Origin: Monosiga brevicollis MX1
Taxonomy: Eukaryota
Length of the DNA: 64,000 nt
NCBI RefSeq assembly: GCF_000002865.3
Contig: NW_001865080.1
Span: forward strand, 61,716 to 125,715
Direction of reading: 5' to 3'
Positions 1 through 12,207 of the stretch are shown here, piece after piece. Under the pieces are notes generated by a model. The model was given only the letters and a program-made list of their open reading frames with translations, was not told where the DNA came from and did no database searches. Made by a program: the position numbers and the translations under genes. Each line of letters begins with the position of its first letter. Positions within the stretch are counted from its first letter, which is position 1.

Positions 1-2928
1 CTGGCGCTTTGGTTTGCCCCTTCGGCATGCGAATCCCAGGCGCACGCCCGGCTGTTAGTCAAGCGTGCTCGCGCCAATGGTGCGGTGGTGCCCGACGTCC
101 CCGCAGCTGATATATTGAGTGCGCCGTTGCCCGAGCAGCTTCAGGTACGGTGCATCCCTGCCGTGTTGGGCACCAGCGAACGATGGGCAAACGATAGATG
201 GACGATGTAGCCGTCGCTCACGATGACTCGGCCCCGTCTAGCGCAGCTCGTGGTGGTCGTCGGTGAGCGGAATGCGACGCGCCAGCTGGATGCAGAGGCC
301 CTGGCGCGTGCGCCGCCCACCATGGTCCGTCGCACTTGGTTCCAGTCTTGCCTTAAAGCTCAGGCACGCTTGCCTTTTGCCGGCTTTGAGTATGCTCCCT
401 CGCGTCTACTGCCCACCGAAGCCGCAGCGCGCGAGTTGGCGCGGGCCGACCAGCAGGACAGCCTCGCCAAGGGCGCCACGGGAGCCGCTGCAATTGCCAG
501 GCGGGAGCTGGAGCGCGCTGTAGAGGGGTCTGGTCGACCCTTTGGCTATTGGAGCAGCCGTCTGCCAGAGGAACCTCGCCCAAGGCTACCCTGGACCACT
601 GTCTTTGACGCCTACGAGCGAAGCTTTCCACAGCGCTTGGCGGTGCGCCAGTACTTTTGCTACAACTGTGGCCAGCGTGAGCACAGTGCCCGCACCTGCC
701 CACAGCCATTGCGTGGCACACATGGCAACACTTTCCAGCTACACACATGTGCTTGGGTTAACACCAACCTACCACCAGGCACCTTTCGGGAGGTGCCAGC
801 CCGCATGCGCAGCAAGTTGGTATCCTCTCCTTTTTGTGTTACCCTCTGATTTTCCTGTATGGTCCGCGCACAGCGACGCCTGATGGGTCTGATCTGTCTC
901 AACTCTGTCACAGATTCCTCTGCGCCCGTGATCACGACCTGAATGCGGCTCCCAACCCCAACGTACACATCTTGTCAGCTCTGGAAGACATGAAAGAGCT
1001 CCTCTACGACCCCCGCATTGATAAGGTTGGCCTGTGCTTGTGCAGCCAAATGTTCGGACCGGAGGGAGCAAACACAGCTCACCGCCCCAATCCGCCTTTT
1101 TTTTTGGTGTGAAAATCACGTAGGAAGGCCAAATGAAGGCCATGCAAACGCAGCGCACGATCACCATGGTGCGTCGGTCGCGGACAAGGCAGGGGGCGAG
1201 CGAGACTCGAATTGAGGCGTGTCGCAAAAGCAAAAACAAAAAGAATGGAAACGGGGCCGCCCTGACGTCAATGATTGTCTGTGTGATTTGGTACCCAGTT
1301 ACGTGGCGTGCGAACCAAGATTACGACGACTGATGGCTTGGAGGACCTGCCTTTTATCGGTGCCAAGACGATTCGCAAGATTGAGGATATTTTGGAAACA
1401 GGAACGCTGGAGCGCCTTGAGCATGCCAATACGGAGAAAATCCAAGCCCAACGCCTCTTTGCTAAGGTCAAGTCTGGCGCGTCTTGGCTTGACCGGCCTT
1501 CTTTGGCATGTCCTGACTGTGCTGAGCCTTGACACGCCTGGGGTTTAGGTACATGGCATTGGACCCCGTACGGCGGAGCAACTCGCTAGTGCAGGGCATC
1601 GAACGCTGGACGACCTGCGTCAACCCGACATGGTGCGCACTCAGCTCTCAGCTCTTGTGCGACGGCTTGTCAAAAGTGCTTTTCACAACAAAATATTCGC
1701 TGTACTCACGTGCACTTGTCATGCACCGTTGTGGCGGGACAACTCGTGAAGTGGCGAAACCTTTCGCCTACGCAACGAATTGGCGTCGAGCTGTTTGCTG
1801 ATTTGCAGGAACGCATACCGCGCAGCGAAGTGGACGACATGGTGACTCTGGTGACTAGCACCCTCCGAGATATCGATGCTGACGCTGTGGTGCTGCCTTC
1901 GGGATCTTACACTCGGGGACGACAGGTACTAGCCCTGCCTTGCGCTGCACTGCGCCGCTGACTGAAACGGCATCGCGCAGCTCTGCTGTGATGCCGCTGG
2001 GCTGAATTTTTGACCATTAGCGAGAACTCGATGATCTTTTAACGCATGCTCTTTCCGTGGCATATGGCCTCACTGGTAGACGTGCGGGGATGTCGACTTT
2101 CTTCTCACCCATGGGGATCCTCGCCGCGTGCCCCACCTGCTGGCGCCGTTGCTGCATGCGCTCAAGGCAACCAACTTTTTGACCCATGACCTGACAACAG
2201 TAGACGCCGCTTCGACGGGCACTACAGATTACGGTGGGGATGATGACGATGCCGAAGCACGAGACTACATTGAGTGAGTTCACTAACATCAGCCGTAACG
2301 GTATTGAGCAGGCTGGCGATGAATTCGATGCCCTTTCTCTTCACGCTTTTTTTGTTTTTTTGCTTTTTTTACCACCTTTGATCGACCGCACGTCCCATCT
2401 GTGTCATTGCAGCAAATATATGGGCGTGGCTCGCCTACGCGGAGGTCTCCATCGGTTCGTATGGTTTTCGAGTGTGCAGCGTAGCCCGTGTATTGAGCAG
2501 GACGTCTTCTCTCTATCTTCTCTCCATGTTCTGGTGGGATCGGCCTCACTGTCCGATTGGCTGTCGTCAGACGTGTCGACTTTATTGTCTTGCCGCCCCA
2601 CGAGTGGGCCTGCGCGGCGCTGTATTTTGCGGGCTCGGGCACCTTCAACCGTTCCATGCGCCTTTTGGCGCGCAAGGCAAATTGGAGCCTCAATCAGGTT
2701 CGACTGGAACCGGTCAATCCACCCCAGGTTTACTATGTGTGCTCAACATTGACTTGGCATTTGGCATGGCTCTGCTCGCAGCGCCATCTCATGGTGGCAG
2801 TCAAACGAGATCGAGAGGACGCCAATACCAAGACCTTTGCCGGGTTTGTGGTACCGTGTTTGGATGAATATGATATCTTTGCGTGGTTGGGGATTGAGTA
2901 TCAACCACCACATTTGCGCAACGCGTGA
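1..2928 (+). CDS. X-family DNA polymerase (Pol lambda-like) with N-terminal BRCT and CCHC zinc knuckle; multi-exon, 5' end outside the window
   Basis: Spliced exons give a BRCT-like segment (TMVRRTWFQSCL) and CYNCGQREHSARTC. They also give HhH motifs (LPFIGAKTIRKIEDILETG; VHGIGPRTAEQL), ERIPRSEV, GSYTRGR-TCGDVDFLLTH (catalytic DxD), KYMGV, RVDFIV (third Asp), ALYFAGSGTFNRSMR, and a C-terminal EYDIFAWLGIEYQPPHLRNA* ending at 2928. Confidence 0.93.
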
Positions 2929-3602
2929 TTTTATGGCCGAGAGTTTTGTTTTGTGTCCCCGAGTTGAAAAGGTATATTGCTCCATTGACCAACCAGACTC
3001 GTAGTAGCACTCACCATCACTGCTGCTCAGAGCCGCCTGGCGTTGAGACTAACAGCAAGAGAGAGGAGGGGGTGGGGATTGATGCTGGTTTAAATTGTTT
3101 CTTTTTTTTTTTATTGTTCAAGATGAGAGAGGGGAGAGGTCACAGGAAACAAGAAGGCAAGGTCCCACACGATCAAGGTTGTATTTGGTTGACAGGGAGT
3201 GAGTCAACAAGCTGGGGGCCAAGGGTGGGGCGCTGCCACCAACGACCGCCAAGCAGGATAAGCATACACGAGGTATGAACACCAGAAGCACAACACCAAA
3301 AAGAAACAAAAGAGCAAATCATGGCTCACGCATGCGCGGCCGATGACTCATACTCGGTGTTTCAGTCTGACGTATCATGTTGCTTGGTGCCCCCAAGCGC
3401 TGCTGACCACCACCTGAACAGGCAAAAACATGACAAAAAAAAAAAAAAAAAAAGTGGAATAGAAAAAGAGTAGGTAAAGGGGAGGAAGGACAGGGTCGAA
3501 AATACAAATCTTGAACCTGAACCGACGCACGGTAGAGGGTACCTAGACACTACCAAGGGCAGGCTAGAAAAAAGAAGAATGGTCTCGAAGAGAAGGAGTC
3601 AT

Positions 3603-4936
3603 CTATTGCTTCTTGACAAGCTCGTACACATCGAGAACAAAGTCATCGGGGAACTCGAAGTCAGCCAGTTGCTCATCGAGCGAGCCGGCGAAGACATCAT
3701 CCGAAGGAGCAGCCTTGGCCAGATCGTAAATGGTGGTGGAGAGCTCCTGATCGCGAATGCCAACAAAGTTCTCGAGAAGGTCGTCCACCTTGGTGATGAT
3801 ACCCGACACGGCATCCGAGGGGACATCCTCGACGACGGCGGCACCGTTGTGCTTCATGCGGAGCGTCTTCTTGCCGGCGCTGGCAGCAACGTTGGGCTGA
3901 GCACCAGCGGGCTTGGCGCCACGGCCAGCAATCTCGTCAAACGACTTCTTGGGCTCAACGCAGATCATGGTGAATTCCGAGCCAATGGGGATCTCCTTGA
4001 GCATGCGGGCAACCTCAAAGTGACGGCAGCCGTTGAGGTCGGTGCCGTTGATCTTGGCGATGTGATCACCGACGGCGACGTTGGCGACACGCGACTACAC
4101 AAAGGGAAAAAGATCGGACAAGCCAGGACGATGAGCACGACGAAAATACAGAACAAAGATTTAGGCGCGGATCCTCTTCATTGGGGGAAAAAGAAAAGAA
4201 AAAACGACCAACCATGATGCTGTCCTCGCGGATCTTCTTGATAAAGGCGTAACCAGCACCGTTGTCGGAGATGGTGAGGCCGAGGGCAGGGCCATCCTTG
4301 ATGACCTTGACGGTCTTCTCGGTGCCCTTGACGTGAGCAAACAGAAAGTCATCAAGACCAATCTGACCGCCCAAAAGGCGGGTCATGTCCACCTTGTGCG
4401 TGTTCAGAGTGCAGTACAGAATCTATTTGCAGCGCAAAAGGTAGCGATAAGATATAAGCCGGGCATCAACAGGAATGCAGCTTTTAAATGCTTTTGTTTG
4501 TTTGGTCTTTTCTTCATGGTCTTTTCTTCCTCGTGCATGCACGGGGCTGTTAGGCCTCGCAGATGAATTAAAACGATGGGATAACCCTCTCCCCTTCCCT
4601 TGCTCGCTTGATCTCTTGGGAGAAAAAGCGTGTCAAGAAACGGATGTGGACTGATCCTTTGGGGCTGGTCCTGCCCTCCCCCCCGCTTCCGGGCATGGGT
4701 GATGGTCACTGATCAGGAGAGCACAAAAGAAAGATGATTGTTGGACTCACCTCAGAGGTCTGGATGCCAAAGGCCTTGGCGATGGACTCGTACAGCTGCT
4801 TGACGTTGGTAAAGTCGCGCACCTGCTTGGTCGGAGAGCCGTGGGCCAGCTGGCAGTGGAAGACCATGTCAAACTGCTCAGCCGCAGCGGGGGCACCGCT
4901 GGGGGCGGCGGGAACGGGGCCAGACTTCCGGGGCAT
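3603..4936 (-). CDS. GIPC: GIPC family PDZ-domain adaptor (3 exons)
   Basis: [11 protein letters not shown] (GH1); [59 protein letters not shown]2 [17 protein letters not shown]...[17 protein letters not shown] at 4936. Confidence 0.95.
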
Positions 4937-7054
4937 GATGGCGGTTGTGAAAAAAAAAAAGGAAGGGAAAAACACACGAGCTGTCCAGCAATCTACATTT
5001 ACGAGGGCAAGGGAGCAAGGGGGAGGCAACAAGATGAGTTTCTTCTTGAAAAAGGACGAACGCCACATCGCGCTCCCAAAACCAAGGCAAGGCATTCCAA
5101 GAGAACAAAATGAACGAACGAACGAACGAACGAACGAAAAAAAAAATCAAGTGTTGGGTGACCAAAACAAAAGAAAAGACAAAAAGGGCATCGCCAAGAG
5201 GTCAACAAGAAGTGATCGCGGCAAATTCCCACACAACCATCACAAGAGGCATCGAGTTACCCCGTGGCGGGATCACTCAAAAAAGCCACGTCGCTGTCCT
5301 TGTCCTGACTGCCTTGCCCACGTCAGCGTCCGTCCAGCGCAAGCAGTGCAGTGTGTAAGTGCAGCGCAGCACTTGTAGTATCAGTGGGCGACACCATGGC
5401 AGTGAGAACCAGCTCATGCCCGAGCCAGTTAGTTGCCCGTCATGACCACGGGCCCCCACCACACAGCAGCGCGAGCAGGCCACCAAGACCGAACGACATG
5501 GCGCAGAGGCAGACCAACACAGACCCAGCCAGACCAAACGGAAGAGGCACCCAGAGCCAAGGGAGGCAGAGACAGAGACCGAGACAGAGAGACAGAGAGA
5601 GACGGAAGCGCGCGCCGACCGAGCCACTAACCAAGAGGAAATGACACCTCCAAAGCTACAACTTGCCTACTGGTGGACTTTGCTTTGTCTCTTTGTTCGT
5701 CGTTCTCTCTCTCTCTGTCTCTCTTTGTTTCTCTCTCTCAATCTCTTTCTTTCTTTGTCTCACCTCTTGTCACGCTCTCTCTCACTCTCTCTGACCAATT
5801 CATCTCTCCCTCTCTCTCTCTCGCTCTCTCTCTCTCACACTCTACCACACATCTATCTTCCATAACCCTGCACCGAAGTTTGAGTGGAGCAAGAGGGAAG
5901 GGCCACGAAGACCAAAGACACACCATCTCACAGACCCTTTGGACACGACGATCCCCCAGCCAATGGAGCGGCGGATCGATCCTAAAAAGGGCAGCCGGCT
6001 CACGGCGATCAACCAACTCGCCCCCATTGAAAGCAGAGCTTTTGCTTATGGCGCACTGGGTGAAGGGGGCGTTACCAGTTAATCAGTAGTGAGACAAGAA
6101 AAGGCCAAAACGTAAAGCCACAAAAATCCCGCCCCGTCTCTTCAGAATTTTGACTCTTCTTTCGACTGCTTATTGTTCCTGCTAGGAGCGGTGGTATGCA
6201 CACACAAGTGTGGCCATGGCAAGGCATATCTCCTCGTACAGTTGCATATAGGTGTGACGACGACGGTCAGGATTGTTGGCTCTAGTGCGGCCAAAGAGCC
6301 ACCTGGTGCAGGCCCGGCCATCAACGGCAAGCTCAAAAAGGTCATGGACAAATGAACGGACCAAAAGCGACACGCTCGGGCGCAACACGCCACGGCTGCC
6401 ATTTGCGCTGGGGCAGCAGCCATTTTGCTATGGTGCTATGGGTGAGCAACAAGGTCCGCCACCATCTATCTGGAAGGGTCGATACGAAACAACACACAAA
6501 GGGATGAATAGGCCTGAACGCATAAATCCGGCTTGGATGATTGTCATCCTTTTAAAAAAGTCACCAAAACTGCAGAGGGTTCAAGTCTCGTTCACTTGTC
6601 ATCCTTTTTCGTCCCAAACAATATGCTGACATTATCATCTGACAAACACAACCAGTGTCATGACAACCCCTTCCCGATACGGTGCGATATAAACTCGATA
6701 TTTACCAGCACAAGCTTAGTTAGCGTTTGGCATGATATCAACTAAAAGCCCTGTATCATCTACATAAAGTGGAAACGCGGTGATGTTGTGCACCCACAAC
6801 ATCCACACATGTACCTCTGGAGGTACCTTTAAATCCATCATCACCCAATTCTCTCCATTCCCATTGGCCATCGCTTTATCAGGTTCTGCTTGTAATCCAT
6901 CTTCTCTGAACCCGCTGCAGCCGGTTGCTGTGTTCACCGACACACACGACGGTCCATCATCACACTTCAATTGATGCGAGCTCGTCTGTGTTCCCTCTGG
7001 AACGGCCCTGAGCTGGGCTCTGCTCCCTCTGCAATCAATTTGTTTGCTCGGCGC

Positions 7055-7058
<4 letters not shown>

Positions 7059-7110
<52 letters not shown>
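7059..7110. repeat. (CA)n microsatellite
   Basis: Directly visible. Confidence 0.97.
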
Positions 7111-7114
<4 letters not shown>

Positions 7115-7243
7115 GCATGCACACGTTCAGTTGAGTGAGGCATCACGTGTGTGCGCGCGAGGGGTGGCCCGACCATCACCATAGTAGCCACCGCTGCCAC
7201 GAGCCATATTCATGCTTGCCTTCCACATGCGGCCATCGGCGTG

Positions 7244-8575
7244 ATGGGCGGCACAGACGATGATATTCCACCCCGCCCGCACCCCACACAAGCCGCTCCG
7301 ACCCCCGACCGAGACGCAGATTCCAACCAACCCCCAACCCCAGCACCACCCGTCGCTTCGCTGCCCGCCGCACTCGAGGGCCCAGCGCGACCAAATCAGA
7401 CGGCGGTGGCCTCCCCGCACTCCCCCCCGCATTCCGTCCTTTTGAGCGCCCCCCATCTTGTTCTAAAACCCATGACCGCCACCCTTGTGCTCGAAGCCGC
7501 TGGCGATCCCATCTCTCCCAGCCCACGACCCAAGGCCGCTGATCCCAGTCGTGGGCAACCCACCACCATCATGGCTCCGACCATGCCTCTGGCCCCACCC
7601 GATCGCGACCGGTTTCAAGCCTGTCATCACTCCCGCCACGGTCTGCCAGCGCTGCACGAACCCCAGACCCCCTTACCCAGCCCCTCCTCGAGCCCCACGC
7701 CAAGCCCAGGGCATAAGCTGCACAGTGACCTGTCCGAGCTGCTGCTCGTACCAGCCCCCGCTAAATCTTGCTATGCTGGTGCCACCTTCCAAGTTCAAGT
7801 TCTGCACACTCGACATACACCCCAGCTCATCTGGCGCTCCTCCATCTATCATCCGCTGCTGCGCGCCCAGGCCCCCGTCTGTCCGTGCCTGCTTCGCGGG
7901 CCTCCTGCCAGCAGCACTCTTGGACCTCATGCCAAAGCCGACCTCCTATGTCACCTCTCCGCTGTCCTGGCTGCCCCGGAACTGCTCAGGCCCTGTGCGT
8001 CCTGCATCGTTAACCAAACCGCCTATCTCGAAGCTCGTACCGACCTCAGCTTTTTTCGGCGCAAGGCCAATGCCCATACCCCGGGCACTGACCCCCTCCC
8101 TGACAGCGAGCTTCGGGCCGCGCCCGCCGAGCCGGGACTCGACCTTTCAGCCCTGCTCACCACCGGCACTTATAGTGACCTCAAAATTCTGGCTGCCAAC
8201 AGCAAGATCTTCCGTGCTCATCGCACAGTCCTGGCCGCCGTCTCCCCTCGCCTAGCCCTGCAGTTTCGAGTTCGCGCTGACGGGGGCAAGCTCGTCGTAC
8301 CCTATCACCCCGTCGTCGTCGCCCGCTGTCTTCAATTTATCTACTCGCGCGCCCTACCTCCGCCCAACTTTCCCCCGCAACACTGGTCCGCTCTGGCCCA
8401 GCTGGCGGCCGAATGGGGCCTGGACTCCCTCCATCGGTTTGCGTGTGCTGCTGAGCAGCTGCTAGTTCACAGAGCGTCCCCCCTGCCCTCGCCGCCGGCC
8501 GTGCCTGCACAGACCCCCCTCGCACCCTGCGGTCAAACGGGCCTCGATTGTCAATGCATGATGTGTGACCTTTGA
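7244..8575 (+). CDS. BTB/POZ-domain protein, apparently intronless, with Pro-rich N-terminus
   Basis: The 474-aa ORF contains YSDLKILAANSKIFRAHRTVLAAVSP...VVARCLQFIYS...LAQLAAEWGLDSL (BTB signature). First in-frame ATG at 7244. Confidence 0.8.
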   Translation: MGGTDDDIPPRPHPTQAAPTPDRDADSNQPPTPAPPVASLPAALEGPARPNQTAVASPHSPPHSVLLSAPHLVLKPMTATLVLEAAGDPISPSPRPKAADPSRGQPTTIMAPTMPLAPPDRDRFQACHHSRHGLPALHEPQTPLPSPSSSPTPSPGHKLHSDLSELLLVPAPAKSCYAGATFQVQVLHTRHTPQLIWRSSIYHPLLRAQAPVCPCLLRGPPASSTLGPHAKADLLCHLSAVLAAPELLRPCASCIVNQTAYLEARTDLSFFRRKANAHTPGTDPLPDSELRAAPAEPGLDLSALLTTGTYSDLKILAANSKIFRAHRTVLAAVSPRLALQFRVRADGGKLVVPYHPVVVARCLQFIYSRALPPPNFPPQHWSALAQLAAEWGLDSLHRFACAAEQLLVHRASPLPSPPAVPAQTPLAPCGQTGLDCQCMMCDL

Positions 8576-8929
8576 CCCCTCGATCGCCAATTTTTGGCCT
8601 TTTGCGCAGCTCGTTGACTTTTTCGCTTCGGTGGTCTGAGACCATTGTTGTCCGCTGTTGAGCCCTGTGATTCCTTTGATTGACGTTCCGACTTGCCTTG
8701 TTCATAGTCGTTTGGGCAGCAGCTGTGGCGTGACCCATCTCTCTGGTTTTCGATGTTGTTGCATGTCCTCTCGTTTGTGTTTGACCCGTGTATTCCCTCG
8801 TTCCAACGACGCTTAGGCCCGACTGATGGAGAGAGAGAGAGAGAGACAGACAGAATTCCTGATTAATCGAATCGTGCTGTTTCCAGCCTCTCAAGACTTA
8901 CCGTCGCCCTCGTCATGCGTTGTCGTTAA

Positions 8930-11240
8930 GCAAAGCAATCCCCGAAATCACGGAAGGACGTGAGAAGGGCAAGGGCAAGTGAACTAACAGGCCAGGTCGC
9001 AGAGCCAGTGCTCTCCCATTCCCATCGTCTCACAACCTTGCGAAAAAGATGCTTAACAGTTCGTTCGATGTGCTGAGAGCTGCGTAAAGCAGGGCGACGG
9101 CTGCAAGTGCAAGGCCCGAGCCACATTGACCAAGTGGTACAGCAGAGTTCGTGGCGCAGAAGCCGGTGCACCAATCAGCAGCGCGCGATGGTAGAGACGA
9201 CAATCAAAGCGCTTCAAACTGCCCACCTGCGCCCGTCGCCATCACACCACAAACCTGTATCAAGTGACAGGCCTTGAACACATCAGCATCAGAATAAGCG
9301 TCGGTTCGTACCCCATTTAAAATACTATCGCGCGGAGCCTTGGGTAGATCACGAAATTGCTCCCTCGCCAGCAAAACATCAGCCTCCACCTCAGCCCGCC
9401 ATGCTCTGCCCTACACACATGTGAACGTGTGATACCCGCCGGATGTTAGAGATTGCTCGCTGAAGCCGCAAGTACACATGTGATCCACTTACCGGTGCCC
9501 ACAAGGCTACGGACCCACCCATAAGTACCTTAGGCGGTTGACTCGCGTAACACTGTCGTCACACCAAAGCAAATCAGGATGGGACATGTGAGCTTGCAAC
9601 GCCCGGTGGCCCTGCTTTACTACGACACCTGAGTGGCGATGTATCAATGAAACAAGTCAAGAAATTCATCTGAGCAAGCCGTTCCCCTTGACCGCGTGCA
9701 ATACCGTGATGGGGGCGGACAGCTGGAGGGATTGTAGCTCAAGTTGATCCGCCTCTGCAGAGCGCCGGCGGATGCAAGATGAGGGAGTGCAGGAATAAGC
9801 AAAGCAAATAAGAATGTGCGCCATCGAGAGACACAGCCAACCTTCAATCAACAAAAGCAGGGCGGGTTGCATCAAGTGGGAGGTCGCAATTAGATTCATG
9901 CTGGGGGAAGGGCGAGGGCAGACGCCCAGCTCACGCAAGAGGTCACCCAGTGCGTTCACAGCCATTTCCCATCCCTCGGCTTGAGACGCCGGAGAAAACG
10001 TGATGAGTCGTTGTTGTTCCTGAAAGTATGTCAACAACGGCTCAACAGCAGTTCTGATGGCCACAAAGCGCCGCCAAGAACGACGTACAGCCTCCTCCTC
10101 CTGATATCCCCCGGATGCAAAAACAAGCAAAAAAGTGTTCATGGACCAGCAAGCCAAGCGTCACAGCAGGTGCATGCATGATCCACAATGGGGCGAGAAA
10201 GTTGGCTTACACGACTGCGCGCATGGACTGCAGCTGTAGTCGAGCGACTACAAAGGGGTGTTGTGTCGGAACTACAACGGCCCGCAAGGGCCGGATGAAG
10301 GGGTGCTTGGGCATGCAGGGCTGCAAAGCAACTGAGCTTCTGAATAAAGGTAGATTCACACCACCAGTTTGATCAGAAGCGTCCCTCCCCCGCTCGCTCC
10401 TGGCACAGGGCGCTTGACCAGAACCAGCAAAAGGACGAGTGTCGTACGGTTTGATTGATATGGGCAAAGGACAAGGCGGTGACGTTGGCAGCACTCCAGG
10501 CAGGATGCTGTAACAAGGAGCTCAGGTCTGGCAGAAGGTCCAGCACAACCAAGGCGCCAGGACGGAGAGGCAGGCTCGCAATGGCTGCTTGCGCTTGGGT
10601 AAACACTAGAGTCTAAGTATCGCGGGCGCTATCTGTCAACTGTTGGCCAACACGGGCTGGGGTGCAGAGTTGGGAGGGGTGTGGGATATGACGACAGCGA
10701 GTCGACGCACCAAGTCAAAGTCAATGGCTGCCTTTGTGTCGCGCAGCGCAGCCAGCAGTTGAGAGGTTGAGAGACCCGTCTGTTTGCCAAGATGGGCCAG
10801 GACCAGGCTTTGCACGTTGATGATAGTCGCATCAAAAGCTGCGGCCAGATGTGCCGCCAGCTGCCCCTTGTGACTTCCAGGGCCACCCAGCAAACAAATG
10901 ATGTTGGGCGCTGATCCACTCAAGTTGCAGGTGCGCACGAGTGCCCCACATGAAACGGGTGCGCGCCGCGTGGAGATTGCCGAGAGATGTGAGCGGTGCC
11001 GGGGCATGTGATCTTGACCGCCATACAGGAGGGGCGGCGGTGGTCGTGGCAGGCTGGCTTGGCAGCCCATGCTGGCGCTTGCTGCGAGCACGCGGTGCGG
11101 CAGGATCAGCCCTTCTGGCTGAGTGGTGGAAAGCGCAGCAAGCCGACGGCCCTGATACTGAGCCCGCAAGACCGGAAAATGCTGTCAAGACCAGGAATAG
11201 CATGTCCGCGCTTACATCGTGCCTCAAGTAGGACGTGGCC
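8930..11240 (-). CDS. Adenylate kinase-like protein, degenerate; multi-exon, ends uncertain
   Basis: NIICLLGGPGSHKGQLAAHLAAAF (AK P-loop variant, ~10865-10905); ALVVLDLLPD at the DGYPR position; AVRRSWRRFVAIRTAVEPLLTYFQEQQRLITF resembles the AK C-terminal helices. Confidence 0.6.
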
Positions 11241-11616
11241 GAGGATTGGGAGCTGGCATTACTCTTGCCGAACCCGAGCCACCACGCTTGACCAATGTCT
11301 TTATCTTCCCACCCCTTTCCCCCACTGTTCTCCGCATGGCCTGCGCTGCTCTTCTTACCTTAAGGAGAGGGATCACCAACGCTTACCTTGACATGTGAAT
11401 CGAGGGATCGCCAAAAGACACTGTACAGTCCCGTAGCGCACGACTGTCCGCAGTTTTTCATCTGGTGCCGCTTCCACACACACACACACTCTCTCTCTCA
11501 GAATGAAAAGTCTGACAATACCAGAACATCTGACATGCTGATATTTGTCATGGGGCGGTTTAAAAGTATAATACATAATTCGTCTGGTTGTGGTTGCGGT
11601 GGGATTTCACGACAAG

Positions 11617-11640
11617 ATGGAGGAGGAGTTTACTGTGAAC

Positions 11641-11678
<38 letters not shown>

Positions 11679-12207
11679 TGGGGGAACGACCTGGAGCGAT
11701 GGCGATGTGGCTGCGCTGACGGAGATTGTCAATGAGGCTTATCGGTGGGGGGAAGGGAATATTTGGGAGGAGCCCTTTCATCGGACCGATGCTGGGGAGG
11801 TGCGCGAGCTGTTGGAGCGGGGCAAGCTGATCTTGGCGCAGCCTCAAGGACAGCAGCGTCCTGTGGGCTGTATCAAGTGCGAGGTGTTTGAGGAAGATGG
11901 CCGGCAGGGAGCAGAAATTGGCTTCTTCGCCATTGATGCTACTCTCCGTCGCCATGGGCTGGGTAAGCGCTTGTATGCTGCAGCCGAGTCGCAAGCGCGC
12001 GCTGCCGGCTGCGCGTTTATGCGGCTGTACGTCCTTGATCCTCTGCATTGGGACCACCCCATGAAGGAGGCCCTCAAAAGGTGGTATGGTCAGCTTGGCT
12101 TTGCCCTGACCGGCTCAAGCGCAGAGCTGCCTCTCGCCGGTCGACTCAACAACCATCTTGCCACCGAGGCCCGCCTCATTGTCATGGAGAAACCCTTGCA
12201 CACTTAA
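11617..12207 (+). CDS. GNAT family N-acetyltransferase, intronless
   Basis: Motif A EIGFFAIDATLRRHGLGKRL; C-terminal KEALKRWYGQLGF; N-terminal IVNEAY. ATG at 11617; poly-Ala is encoded by (GCG)n. Confidence 0.9.
11641..11676 (+). repeat. (GCG)n coding trinucleotide repeat (poly-Ala in GNAT)
   Basis: Directly visible. Confidence 0.95.

Noticed and set aside
658..699. CCHC knuckle as a sign of a retrotransposon Gag
   Set aside because: No protease, RT, integrase or LTR nearby; it is in frame with the polymerase BRCT exon.
3579..4217. 212-aa plus-strand ORF
   Set aside because: Antisense shadow of GIPC exons.
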